From contig OX597826.1 in the NCBI GenBank assembly GCA_951406725.2, forward strand, positions 1,364,001 through 1,428,000: a stretch of 64,000 bases of DNA, given 5' to 3'. A program made the position numbers and the translations under genes. The notes under the pieces were generated by a model that worked only from the letters and a program-made list of their open reading frames with translations, made no database searches and had not been told where the DNA came from. Shown here one piece after another: positions 51,101-64,000 of the stretch (position 1 is the stretch's first letter; the number at the start of each line of letters is the position of its first letter). The stretch is from Octopus vulgaris. Lineage: Eukaryota.

Positions 51101-54100
51101 CTGAAGGAATGGCTAAGACAGCATTAGAGAGTTTGATGTATTTAGACATTTCTATCAAGCTACAATAGGTGAAGAAATCATCAGCATCATCATCATCATC
51201 GTTTTAACATCCACTTTTCCATGCTTGCCTGGGTCAGGTGGAATTCACTGAGGCATATTTTCTATAGCCAGATGCCCTTCGTGTCACTACCCCTCACATG
51301 TTCCTAAGTAAAGTAATATTTCCCCTTGGCAGGACAGGTTTCCACAGAAAACTGGAAATGAATGATACCACTTGTACAATGGTGATACTCACATTATATG
51401 AAGACTAAGTGAGACACACACACACACACACACATGCACGCTCAATGCTTCTTTCCATTTCCATTTACCAAATTCACTCACAAGGCTTTCGTCGACGTGG
51501 GTCTAAAGACACTTGCCCAAGGTTCCACACAGTTGAACTACTTTGTCACGTCTTAAACCATGTCTGTGCTTAAGAATAGTTTTATATTTTGCCAGGGAGT
51601 GTAATAAGCTAGATCAAGGGTAGTCAAGGTAAATCTGTCATCCAACACTTCAAATTCCACAGCCTCTGGCGCTTCTAAAGTGTTGCACTTACAAACTGCA
51701 ATGTTTGTAAAGAAAGTAACTTCTGTCTGTTTTGTAAATAGAATATTTGTTGGTACAATTACTTTAAAAATACTATAACGGGTTCTTTGTGCTTCTGGCA
51801 AAGTCTGCAATACAAAACTCTTCAAGGTCGAAACAATTTATTATCACATGTATAAACTGCCCAGTTTCTATAAAGTTACTATGGTTATTTAACTAAAAAT
51901 GTTGCTAGGCATCTGTGTTCCACAAGACGGAAACTTGGAGAAATACTTTTTTTTTTTATCTGAAATTGTGACGATTTTACTGACAACTTTGACCTATCAA
52001 CAAGACAATTTTGTTCTTATTGCAAACACACAAAAATTATATAAATGAACAAATAAGTAATAAAAAAACAAAGATAAGCAAACTAGTTATACAAAAGACC
52101 AGTGAGTACTGTAATTACAGTATTTGACATTCCAAATTACAATTCATTAACTAATAACTGGTACGAACATTCATAAGTTTAATCAACAACTTTGTTGTCT
52201 CATCATATAGAATAATCATCCTTCTATTCTTTTACTTGTTTCAGTCATTTGATTGCGGCCATGCTGGAGCACTGACTTTAGTCGAACAAATCAAGCCCAG
52301 GACTTGTTCTTTGTAAGCCTAGTACTTATTCTATTTGTCTCTTTTGCTGAGCCATTAAGTTATGGGGATGTAGACACACCAACATCGGTTGTCAAACGAT
52401 GGTGGTGGTGGTGGGGGGAGACAAACACACACAATGGGCTTCTTTCAGTTTCTGCCTACCAAATCCACTCACAAGGCTTTGGTCAGCCCAACGCTATGGT
52501 AGAAGACACTTGCCCAAAGTGCCACACAGTGGGACTGAACCCGGAACCATGTGGTTGGGAAGCAAGCTTTTTACCACACAGCCACTCCTGCGCCTATTCA
52601 TAATTCTACAATTCTGTTTCATGTACAGCATATAATTAAAGCTTCCTACGTACATCGTAATGGTAGCACAAGCAGAAATGACTAATAGCAGGTGAAACCT
52701 AGTTTCAATAGTATGCGAGTTGCAGTTTGATAAAGTGCTAAATATATAACCAACGACAAACATTTGCATTTAATAAGGAAACACAAAAACTGATTGAAGA
52801 AAGAACCAATGTGAATGGATATCCAGAGATTTACTGAATGTTGTGAATTGGGATTAAAATAGTGATTAGTGTCAACATGTATGTGAACAAACAAGGAATT
52901 AAATCAAAGAAGGAGCCAATATGCAGTCATTCAACTACAAATCACAGAGGATATAAGCTTAAAAAAAATGCAGATATTGAATAATATTGTCGATACATTA
53001 TAATCACGGACAGAACATCTTTTTGCTTCACCAAAGTACAATAATGTGAGAGAAACTTAGATGACAACTGTGTAGAAGCTCACCATAGGTGAGCAAAAAT
53101 TTAGCCAATCAATGGAAATAGGTGAAATGAGTACCAGGCTGAACCAAGAACACCTGCAAATGGTGCTCCAATATGACCACAATTTATAATGTTGGGCGTC
53201 ATGGAGACAGACTAATGAGAGAGACCTTTGGCAATATGTTGTGCTTGAGAAGACTTGACAAAGCAAGTGAAATTGTTGTGGCCGATGCTGGTATTATGTA
53301 AATCCCACCCACGAAATTGTAATCCTGGCTGCTGTCTGTTGCATGATCTCCGAAATGATCTTCAAATGTTGGGCCTGACGGAGGTGATGACAAGTGACCA
53401 AGACCTTGGTGATATGCTGTGCTTGAGAAGACTCATCCAGCCAAGTGAAACCATCGGTCATGGCTGTTGCCAGTGACACCTGTGAAATGGAAGTCATGGC
53501 CATCACCAGGGTAATGTAAATGGCACCTGTGCTGGTGGCGTGTAAAAAGTACCCATTGCACTCTGAGGGTGGTTGGTGTTAGGAAGGGCATCCATCCACA
53601 GAAACCATGACAAATCAGCCTGGAACCTGGTGTGGATCTCCTGCTTACCAGTTCCAGTCAGAACGCCCGACCCACACCAGCGTGGAAAGCAAATGTTAAA
53701 TGATGATGACAATGATATATGTATTTATATGTGCTGCTTTGTTTACATACCAGTAACTTAGCAGACTGGCACAAAAGATCAATGGAATAAGAACCAGACA
53801 TGAAAAAAAAAAAAAACCCAAAAAAACTGAAGATTAATTTGTTTGACTAAACTTTCAATACAGAGCACTAACAGGTCATAGTCCAATGAGAGATACAAGA
53901 AAAAAGATAAAAGCTATGGGACATATTTGTTAAAATGTATTTTGTTCAACTATTATAGATATCAATATATGAAAGAAACTTACTTATAGGTACAGGAGTG
54001 GCTGTGTGGTAAGTAGCTTGCCTACAAACCACATGGATCTGTGTGGCACCTTGGGTAAGTGTCTTCTACTATAGCCTTGGGCTGACCAACACCTTGTGAG

Positions 54101-56382
54101 TGGATTTGGTAGATGGAAACTGAAAGAAGTCCATCGTATTTGTATGTATATATGTGTGTGTGTGTGTGTAAGTTTGTCCTCCAACATCACTTAACAACTG
54201 ATGTTGGTGTGTTTATGTCCTCGTAACTTAGCAGCTCGACAAAAGAGACCGATAAAATAAGTATAAGGCTTACAAAGAATAAGTCCTGGGGTTGATTTGC
54301 TCAACTAAAGGTGGTGCTCCAGCATGGCTGCAGTCAAATGACTGAAACGAATAAAAGAATAGCTCTGTGTGCGTGTGCGTGTGTGTATGAATTAGTTCTT
54401 GTTTCTATTGCATTTATTTCTTGCTCCATGTTTATGATTTTATTTCTCTTTCATGTATCGGTTATCATTTTGAGTTGTTATTGTTTAGCCCCGAGTCAAG
54501 CTCAAGACAGCAGACAAATGAAATAACGAAGAAAAAAAAAAAATACATAAAAGAATAAAGATCCCTGTAGAAAATTCAAATAAGGAAGTGGACACCAAAT
54601 TCTTATTAATATATTTTCTGAAAAATGGAACATGACGCCAGTCAGTGCTTTAGGATTTAGTTTAGAAGTGGATGAGTGTGGGAAGATATACAACAAATTT
54701 AACTTTATAAAGCCTTCACCTTAAGTGTCTCTCGGAAACAAATATTCGCTTTCTACTGATAAGAAAAGAAATATGTAACAATGTTACAAAGGTTCTTTTA
54801 TGTTGCAGTCACTGAGTTTTACTTTACAATTTTGTTCTTCCTCCTCAATAGGTCAAAATGATAAGTTAATTATAGAATGATATTGACTTTCTGGTGTGGG
54901 GTATGATAACGGCTATGTGGATAAGAAACTGGCTTGACCAGCCCATGGGGTTTCAGCTCATGCTGTTTAGCCCTGATCAAGCAGGACTATGATCAAAGTT
55001 TTCTGAGCTGTTGACAAACCTGTTGCTATCCCACTTTTTATCCAGAAGTCTGAAAACTTACATCTTGCCTAAGATGGCAGGGTGTGATTTAAGGGAGTTA
55101 TAACTGCTATTCCTAGCAGGCTCACTAGCCACATAGTTTCCTTTGTTAGGTCATTTGAGTATATATTTGCTACAACTTATCTCAATTTGTCTCAGAACTG
55201 GACATATTATTCCAGTAGTACTAATTCCATTGTGTTTGTTGTAAAGGCACTTTATTCCATATTGCCAATGATTGGACAAGGGCTTGAATTACAGGCTCAT
55301 TTCCCAGAAAAAAACATTTTATTCTACATTGTCTTAGTTCTAGCGGCTAAGAATAGATGCAAGATCCATTGAAACTGTTATCCAAGATAGACACACGTTC
55401 TTCTCAAAACTTTTCAAACTGAACGTAAGCTAAGGACTTCTATTGACACAGGAGGCTTGTTTTGTTCCAGTTTTACTTGCTATTGAGAAACATATAAACC
55501 TATGTCGTCAGAAAGCAGTATGTGAAGGATTAGCATCTTATTCCAAAGGAAATATGTATTTCATTTGCTTGACACTAAGCTACACAGTAGGTAAGCACTG
55601 GCTGTATTTATCAGGTATTGATTATCCCCTGTCATTAATGGAATCTGTTAAAACTTGAAAAAAAAAAATTGGTTCTAATGTGATTACACAGAAATGCTGT
55701 ATTTTAGACCCATCAAACTAAGCTGTCACGGAAAAACTGGATATTAAAATAAAGAAACAAGTAGGACTGCATGGTTGCCGGACGATTATTTTCTGGCAAC
55801 TGTTTGCAGTCTTAACAGACAAACCTCCCTAAGACTTCCTTGTCTTAAGAAAAGGTAAAAAAGGATATAGTGGCTAATGCAGTTAAGTATGCATTATGAT
55901 GAATTAGGGCTGATTTGGAAGGAGGGAGTAAAAAAAAAATGGATGCTAAAAGACAACAACGATGCCATTTGATAGAAAAACTGATTTACCAGTTGAGCTC
56001 ATGTTACTCTTGGTATCTAGTTTAGATAGCAGACCACAGAACTTTACTTTTACTAATATTTTCTGCTTAAATACCATATTAAATTATTGTCATTTAAGTA
56101 CTTTTATTAACACTGTAAGGTTTCCCCTTTTAATCCTGAACACTTATACGGCATTCCTTTATTTCCTTTCTTTTTGTGGTATCAAGTAGCACTAGGTTTT
56201 GCATATTTGTTTTTTGTGTTATAGCCCATCTATCATAAATGTCATGGCCCATTTATTTATTAATTAGTGTGTAGTCTACCTGACCATTTACCCTTTAGTA
56301 TACAGTCAGACCCTAATGCTAACCCCGATCAGGTCATTTCACAATGCAGACTATGGATTCTGTGTTAAACCACATCCTAATA

Positions 56383-56792
56383 CAGGTCGTCTCCAACTTA
56401 CGACCGATCGACTTTACTCCTGGTAGCAATATGTAGTCCAGTTGAAATCTTATGGGTTTAATTCTTTAGAAATTAACCCGTCTCCAGATGACGCCAGCTA
56501 ACAAATGCTTACCCCAGGTTTGGTTTTTGATCGTCACTGTGGCTATCCCAAGGGCTGGACGAATATCCTGTCGTGGAGACATAAAGCTAACTTCCTATTT
56601 GTTTATTAGATGACTGCTTGAGACTTCAAACAAATAACACTGTTGTAGTATAATACAGAATGCTGTGTGTGATTTTTACCTGAGAATGTACCTTAAGAAT
56701 GTAAAAATATAAAACAAAGCTATGTAGGCCTATAGGTCGACATATGACCAGTCAGTTGGAACCAGTTGGGGTCATAAGTCGACGACGACCTG
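56383..56792. mobile_element. pogo/Tigger-type MITE with TA flanks
   Basis: TA-CAGGTCGTCTCCAACTTACGACC ... GGTCATAAGTCGACGACGACCTG-TA. Confidence 0.82.
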
Positions 56793-57399
56793 TATAGCAC
56801 TGGTAATATCTGTAATAACTATGTTATGAACGTCTCTAGGTATTTATACTTGGAAAATTTCTGAGCTTTGCAGTGAATTAATGTGTGTAAATAGTTGAGA
56901 ATTCCACACACAAGCACACCAGTAACATAATCTGCAACCAGACTTGGTGTGACCCATTGTGCGACACAGCTTAACCTTTGAATTATAAGGTAAAACCCAC
57001 CTACTGGCTGGCTGGCTGGCTGTACAGTTTGGTCTACCCAATTTCAATCACAAGGCTACGGCAAAAGACTCTTATCTAAAATACCATGCAGTGAGATTGA
57101 ACCTGGAATCTTGAAACTTAAATGAATTACTATGCTGTGGCACATGTGTGTAGCAGTATCTTTAGGTTTCATTATTTTACATTTAGGCAGTGAGTGGGCA
57201 GAATGGTTAACATGTCAGACAAAATGCTCAGCACCATTTTGCCTGTCTTAATGTTCTGAGTTCAAATTCTACCAAGGTTGACTTTGCCTTTCATTCTTTC
57301 AGGGTCAATGAAATTAAGTACCAGTAGCACACTGGGTCGATTTAATTGACTTGCCCCTCACTCAAAAATGTCAGGCCTTGTGTCTATAATAGAAAGGGT

Positions 57400-58290
57400 T
57401 ATTGCACATTGCTTGCCATGCTTGCATATGGCTCTTCAAAGATACATCATGCCATCACCTCTTGCCATCTACTTTGGGAAATCTCTTGAGAACAGCCTTC
57501 ACCACTTATTCCCATATTTTCCTCTGGTACAGCTTTTATCTCCCACCTAGATTATGTGGTACTTCTTTTTACCAAATAGTCACCCTGCATACATACATAC
57601 ATACATATCTACCTCACCCTCACCACCCTGCAAGCCTTTATACATCCTCTGTAGTTAATGTGCATGTTTTACAACTATGCAACATTACACTTTAGACTCA
57701 AGCATCTTACAATCTGCTCTTCAGAGAAAGCATCCCTTTGTTGCCAATGGAGATAATAGCTGCTGGAACTTTTCCCATCCTGTTCTTTTTTTGGCTACAA
57801 TGTTTTTGGAACACCCACCTCCACCGATAATTGGGTCTCTTAGATAACAAAAGCGATCGAGACTACTTTTACGTAGCCTTCCAAGCATTTGAAAGAATTA
57901 AATTCATGAGTGCACTTACTACTAACTACTTTTTTCTTCTTCTGTTAGCCTGCTTGGGATTAGATTGCAACTCTCATGCACTAACATTGGATACACTGTA
58001 TGAAATTTCAGCATATTCCTTTTCTATATATATATACATATATATATATATACATACATTGAACAGCATGGCCACTCTTAAGATAGCAACATAGTCCAGT
58101 CTTAATCTCCTCACTTGCTAAATAAATCTTTTAGCTTTGCTAAGATTACTCTGAAGCCTTTCAATTCTAGGTTTTCCTTCAACATTCAGAATTTCTTCTC
58201 AAATCTTCAACAGATTCAGCTACAATAACTAGGCCATTGTCTTATAGGAGTTCCCAAAGACAGCCAGTCTTAAAACTCATCTGTTAGGAC
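57400..58290 (-). mobile_element. Degraded RTE LINE: reverse-transcriptase core and 3' fragment
   Basis: Minus strand ~58280-58130 reads, with frameshifts, KTGCLWELL*DNGLVIVAESVEDL...ENLELKGFRV, i.e. the decayed LLYADDLV...LExKGLxVN region. ~57460-57540 resembles RPRKTWxEVVK. Confidence 0.7.
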
Positions 58291-58821
58291 ACCTACCTAC
58301 ACATGAAATTCCTCACTGAACTCGTAGCTTACTGTTCACAGCTTGCACATATTTCATAAGTAATTTATCTACACAGCTGAGCAACTACCAGACTACAGAG
58401 AGTGGTGCTATCAAACTGATCTATGTAGTTATATGTATAGATATAGTTATATATATATTTTATATATGTATATATATTTATGTTTTCATATATCTGCCTG
58501 TAATTTTTGTATTACACTTTCATATTCATATCAGCATGTTTGTCTATTTCTACAATATTATACTGTAACATTTGTGTCAGTGTTGTCCTTGAGGCAGATA
58601 AGTGACCCATTATTGGAGTTGCTATTGCGAAACGTATCTAATGGTTTACATAATTTCCATAAAAAACCTGAAATACCACCATTTACACAACCTAAGAGGT
58701 CTAATGACTAAATATCATAACTGCCAAATGAATTCTTCACAGGATGGCTGTGAATGGTGAAGGTCTGAATGAAAAGACTAAATGATAAAGGGAAATCTGA
58801 GTGTACACACCATGTGCGTGC

Positions 58822-58861
<40 letters not shown>

Positions 58862-59301
58862 TGTAGAATATAAGTTAATTGGAATCACCATATTGGCATT
58901 TTGAACAAACATTTACCACAAAATGCTGCCTTACAACAAACACTATGACAGACAGAATTATAAAACTAACAACCATGGGTGAATGTTCTCCGAGATGACT
59001 AGAATGGTTATTTATCACTGATTAAAAAAATTATATTTGGTCGGACAGAATAGAAGGGTGGGGTAGTGGTTGTGTTGTGTTGGAGGGAGATAAAAAAAAA
59101 ACAACAATCCAAAATATATATATATAATATGTATATAGGTTAAAAGCAAAAAAAAGATTTTGTTCAGATTTACTCACCTAATCTAAAGAATAAATAAATA
59201 AATAATTTCCTTCATTCATTAATCAGTCATCACACACATCATGAAAACTAAAACTATAGAGCCAGCTTGCTTTCACGGAGAGGGGGAGGGAGGGAGAGAG
59301 A

Positions 59302-59369
<68 letters not shown>

Positions 59370-60669
59370 AAGCCAAACAAAAGCGCCTTTTGTGATTCTA
59401 TAAACATAAATGCACATAATCCCATGGCTGCATATAGTTGCAGTGTTTGCTATGTTCAATATTAACTTGAGAGCAGGGAGGGGCTCCTTCACCCAGCTCA
59501 GTCGGAGTTTATCTTTTATTTCTTTGTTTCCCTCCCTTTGTTTACTCTCTTACTGTTTCCCTTCACAGGCGTTGAATTGGCAGCAATGCAGTGAGTTGAC
59601 CAAAGGAACTTGATACTTTTTTCCAGTTCCTTTCTTTCTGAGTTTGCTTTTTATCCTTCTAGGATCAATAAAGAATCGGTCTAGGACAGTGAACTAGTAG
59701 GACTGTAAGGATCAGACAGAATTTACCATCACGGTCTACTTGGGTCATAGATCTAATCCATTGTCTGGTTTAACAGACCCACCTATACCTTAGGTGCCTT
59801 TATTAAAGTCCCTTCTATTTCAAGCATTTGGACCAGGTTTCTGGTTTGGGTATACCTTAACCGCTTCTTCTCATCAGTTTTGGGGGCCAAGAAAAGATTC
59901 ACAGGTGCTGCCTTCCTTCTAAATAAGCAGATGAATCTATAACCAAAATGGGGTTTTACAAACAAAGGCTTTTAGTCCGGCATATCAACCCCAGCACTTA
60001 TTTTATTACACTCTAATGAAAGGCAAAGTTACCTTTCAATATAATCTGTAACTTGATGCTCCTCTAAAGTTGCCACTCAAAAAGCAATTAATCCTACAGG
60101 GAAACTGTAGTGAATTTAAGTATTCCTTGCACGTCTATCTGACTGAGCCAACTGTTATTCATTGGGCAGACTTTATGACCGAGGTAGTCCAGCGGCTACC
60201 ATCCCATTTTTATGTTGCCCAACATCTGATTCGGTCTTTCATTTCACCCCCTACACTGCATCCAACGGTCTTTGTCTTTTTAAGATGGTCAGATATAATC
60301 CAATGGTAATTTGGTTGCTATTTATAGCATGCCAGTCACCCATGTAGAGGCTCTCTCATTAGCTCGTCTAAAATTAGCGTATGCAGATGGTGTAAACGTG
60401 TCTTAAAATGAGATTTAGTGCTGTGTCAACAGAGATGCCACAGTGCAAGGAGACCAGCTGAGGAAGGAATTGAAATTAGCAAAACACAGATAAATTAATC
60501 TCATCAGGATTTCTAGCATAAAAACAGAACCAGAAATATTTCTATTTTTATAGGGGAGGAAGAGGATAGGGGACCGAACTGACCTCAGTAAGAAATGCAG
60601 AATATAAAGAGTCGCAACTGAATGGCTATTTTAGCAGTGTATCAATTCTGTACGTGTGTGTATGTATGT

Positions 60670-60993
60670 GATGGCACCTGGCTTAGTGGTTAGAGGCATT
60701 CGGGTCATGATCGTAGGGTCATGAGCTCAACTCCCGGCGGCGCATTGTGTCCTTGAGCAAGACACTTTATCTCACGTTGCTCCAGTCCACTCAGGCGGCA
60801 ATAATGAGTAGTACCTGTATTTCAAAGGGCCAGCCTTGTCACACACTGTGTCATGCTGAATCACCCCAAGAACTATGTAAAGGGAACATGTGTTTGTGGA
60901 GTGCTCAGCCACTTACACCTTAATAAATGAGCAAGCTGTTCCGTTGATCGTATCAGCTGGGACCCTCGGCGTCGCAACCGACTGAGTGCTCCA

Positions 60994-60995
<2 letters not shown>
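60670..60995 (+). mobile_element. tRNA-headed SINE sharing the family G 5' module but with a different 3' part (related copy ~8920-9220, minus)
   Basis: tggcttagtggttagag...tgtgtccttgagcaagacactttatctcacgttgctccag...acctgtatttcaaagggccagccttgtcacac. Confidence 0.75.
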
Positions 60996-61031
<36 letters not shown>

Positions 61032-61047
61032 GAGTAACAAAGATGTA

Positions 61048-61298
61048 CAGGTGTCAATTCATTACAGCCATTTCAAGCAACTCTTTTAACTGATTAATGA
61101 AAACATTGCATCATTTGATAGAAACCACTCAATAATGGAATGATTGATGTGAAGGAAATATGTTAAGGAAATGGTTGTATCCTTTATGTTTGAAGTCTAT
61201 GCAGTCATCTGATGAGAAAGGTTTCCTTCAAATGATGTAATGTTTTCATTAATCAATTAAAGGAGTCACTTGAAATGGCCATAATGAATGGACACCTG
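61048..61298. mobile_element. Tc1/mariner-type MITE with ~75-bp TIRs and TA flanks
   Basis: TA-CAGGTGTCAATTCATTACAGCCATTTCAAG...CTTGAAATGGCCATAATGAATGGACACCTG-TA. Confidence 0.88.
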
Positions 61299-62792
61299 TA
61301 CACACCTTTGTTACTCATTTATATTTTATCCACCTACTTTGGAATTGGCATTTCAGAAATACTATAGAAGGTACCTTTATAAAAAGTACATGTCTGAATT
61401 ACCAAGAGCGGATATCTTCACTTGGCTGGGTTGCGTTGTCTGCACACACGACAAGCATATCAGGTACAAACACACCTGCATGGAGTCTTGATATTCAACA
61501 GAATCTTAATTATATATATATTCTCTTATTCGTTTCAGTCATCCTAACCATAGCCATGCTGGAGCACCACCTTTAGTCAAACAAATCGACCCCAGGACTT
61601 ATTCTTTGTAAGTCTAGTACTTATTCTATCGGCTTCATTTGCCGAACCACTAAGTTACAGGGATGTAAACACTCCAACATTTGGTTGTCAAGTGATGGGG
61701 GGGAGGGACAGACACAGACACACAAACACATACAGTTTCTGTCTACCAAATTCACTCACAAGGCCTTGGTTGGCCTGAAGATATAGAAGACACTTGCCCA
61801 AGGTGTCACACAGTGGGACTGAACCCAGAACCATGTGGTTGGTAAGTAAGCTACTTACCACACAGCCACTCCTGCGCCTATATATATATATATATATATC
61901 TCTTTGTAATTAGTATATTAAGTTAATCCTTTGACGAATCAGTCAGATCAATAAGACTGGTGCCCAGTTCTACTTGCTGTAACACAAAGTAAATAAAAGA
62001 CGAGCACTCAGCGTAAATGTCCGCCAAGGCAACACCAACATCCTCTCAATGATTAGCCAGAGATGATTTTTAAAATGAGAATTTATGAAATAAACTAGAT
62101 TGCTCCCAAGAATGAGAATACTAAAAGTGCACCTGGCCACTCTCAAAAATAAAGTGAAAATACGGGAAAAATAATCCAGAATACTTGTCCAGTACCAGAT
62201 CGATCCCAAAATCTAACCAGTTTGTGCCAGTCAAGAGGCCAAACACCCCCTGAAAGTTTCATCCAAATCCATCCAGTGGATCTTGAGATATCTTGTCCAT
62301 GGACAAACAAACAAACAAACACAACTGAAAACAATACCTCTGCCTTCGCTAAGGCAGAGGTAATAAAGATAAGTTTTCCTCTAGGACAGAATGATAGTCT
62401 AATATAACTCTTAACAACTTGGAAGCTGTCGCCTCCTAAGTCTCTGGCACAGGAATAGTGCAAAACAGTTGTCATAGATTGGAACAGTTGTCAATGTTAG
62501 TTCTTTGCCACTGTTTTTGTATTAACTTTCAAAATGATAGAAATAAGTTTTGAAATCTTTTAACTGGCAAAACCCAAAAGTATAGATTTAATGAATTCAG
62601 CTGACTGTAGGAGGAGGGAATGGTGGGAGGTGTCAGGAAAACCTTCAAGTTTTTCTTTTCCTCACTCCCTCCCACTCTCTCCCCTCTCACATATTTTCTC
62701 TTCCTTTCATTTACACGCTCATTCTCTCATACATGCTATTGCTCTCTCTCTCTCTCTCTCTTTCAAGCATGTTTTCTGTCATGCATATTTTC

Positions 62793-62835
<43 letters not shown>

Positions 62836-63297
62836 TACTAGTGTATATCTGCATTTTGGTGGGTTCATTGCTTTCAGCACCAATCAATGTAAATAACCAG
62901 TCAAGTGCAGTAGAAACCAACAACCGTTCATCCTTGATAGAAATGCTTAGTGGCAAGAAGAAATGATAAAAAGCAATCTATATGAGCTTAGGACAGGCTT
63001 AGATGAGCTGGAGTTTGGTATTTGACGGACTTCATCAAGGTTGGTGGTACACACATACAAACACACAGTTTATAGAGAAAGTAAAAAGTTTGCAAAATGG
63101 AATAAATTATTTTGTTAAGAGGAAGAGGATGAGCATAACATTTTGAGCAAGGTGCTTCAATATAGAAAAAGAGCACTTGTAATTTACAGTACCCTGCTTA
63201 AGTATTTATTTAGAGGTGAGAGAGAGAAAGAGGCTTATTCGACTTCAAAAAATTCTATCATATATTTTGATGTGGCTGTGTGATGTATCTGGGCACG

Positions 63298-63333
<36 letters not shown>

Positions 63334-64000
63334 AAGAGAGCAAATTCATTATCATTAAGGATGTATAATAAATATTTGCGACAACCATGTGGTTATTTTT
63401 AGTAATTTGTGTCATGAAATTTAACTTGCCAAACAGTTTAAGTCCCATAAAAACGTGTGCCATGTCCTTCACAGGAAGTAAGAATGAAATAAGTGAAGAA
63501 CTGAAGTCTGGAAACTCCAATTACCGACTAAAACACAGTATAAAAACATCCGTTTATTTTTTGGCCAAAAACTCCTGTGAGAAACTTAACTAGACTGATA
63601 AACAAAAACAATAAATGGAGCCAATGAAAGTTGCATTTTTTGGTGTCCCCTCTGCCTTGGCTATATTTATATAACCATACATATTATGTGGAAAGGGGTC
63701 TGTAGCCACTTCAGCTCTCAGTTTCAACTTGCACATTTATTGGCCTGAATTTTCTATTTCCATGGCTACGACAGGCATGAATCAAGCATATCAAACGAGC
63801 ATGCACATACATGCACTGTTATTACTGTTCACGACCAGAAGTATCCATGTCAGTTATTGATTAGTTTTATCAATTTGACAACAATGACAGAAGAGAAGAG
63901 ACTAAAGACAGAAAAATAAAATCTATTTTTTAGAGTCTCAACTTGTTCTTTATTTTCTTTACTTTTCTTCTTCTTCTTCTTCTTCAGAAAGTTACTTTTT

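Noticed and set aside
52253-52635. Recurrent ORFs containing EDTCPRCHxVGLNxEPCGW / LPNPLTRLW (also 1007, 3236, 20197, 33787, 39457, 53984)
   Set aside because: These are translations of SINE A copies. Frames and stops vary between copies, so this is not a gene family despite the CxxC look.
57831-58094. DRDYF resembling the FERM EKDYF motif
   Set aside because: Wrong strand, no surrounding FERM context, and it lies within a decayed LINE region.
59856-59918. Possible minus-strand exon RKAAPVNLFLAPKTDEKKRLR
   Set aside because: Weak donor (GTATAC), no homology, and phase incompatible with the next confirmed exon.
1-64000. A novel multi-gene or prokaryote-type system (operon, defence island, intact transposase or RT)
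   Set aside because: Only one spliced host gene is supported, and all transposon coding remnants are short and broken.

Overview
AT-rich, repeat-dense eukaryotic genomic DNA. The SINE and microsatellite landscape looks like Octopus or another coleoid cephalopod (inference). The only supportable protein-coding content is nine GT-AG exons on the minus strand. They splice in frame into the FERM-N (C-terminal part), FERM-M, FERM-C and FERM-adjacent domains plus the start of the variable region of a protein 4.1/coracle (EPB41-family) homologue. Exons in transcript order: 30788-30740, 13143-13068, 11818-11774, 7435-7256, 6597-6510, 4137-3985, 3580-3483, 2022-1835, 605-370. The gene is incomplete at both ends: I found no upstream FERM exon in the remaining ~33 kb, and the last donor (369) opens an intron that probably leaves the window. 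The rest is intron filled with several tRNA-derived or RTE-tailed SINE families (labelled A, B, C, G here), MITEs with Tc1/mariner-, pogo-, hAT- and piggyBac-type ends, LINE remnants and microsatellites. Almost all ORFs in the supplied track are repeat-derived or chance. I see no evidence for a new multi-gene system. The most interesting signals concern RNA processing: fold-back elements next to exons, inverted SINE pairs around an isolated 49-nt exon, a SINE strand bias explainable by a cryptic splice acceptor, a dual-frame exon, a candidate recursive splice site, and modular or tandem SINE biology. Exon coordinates were counted by hand; repeat boundaries are approximate.
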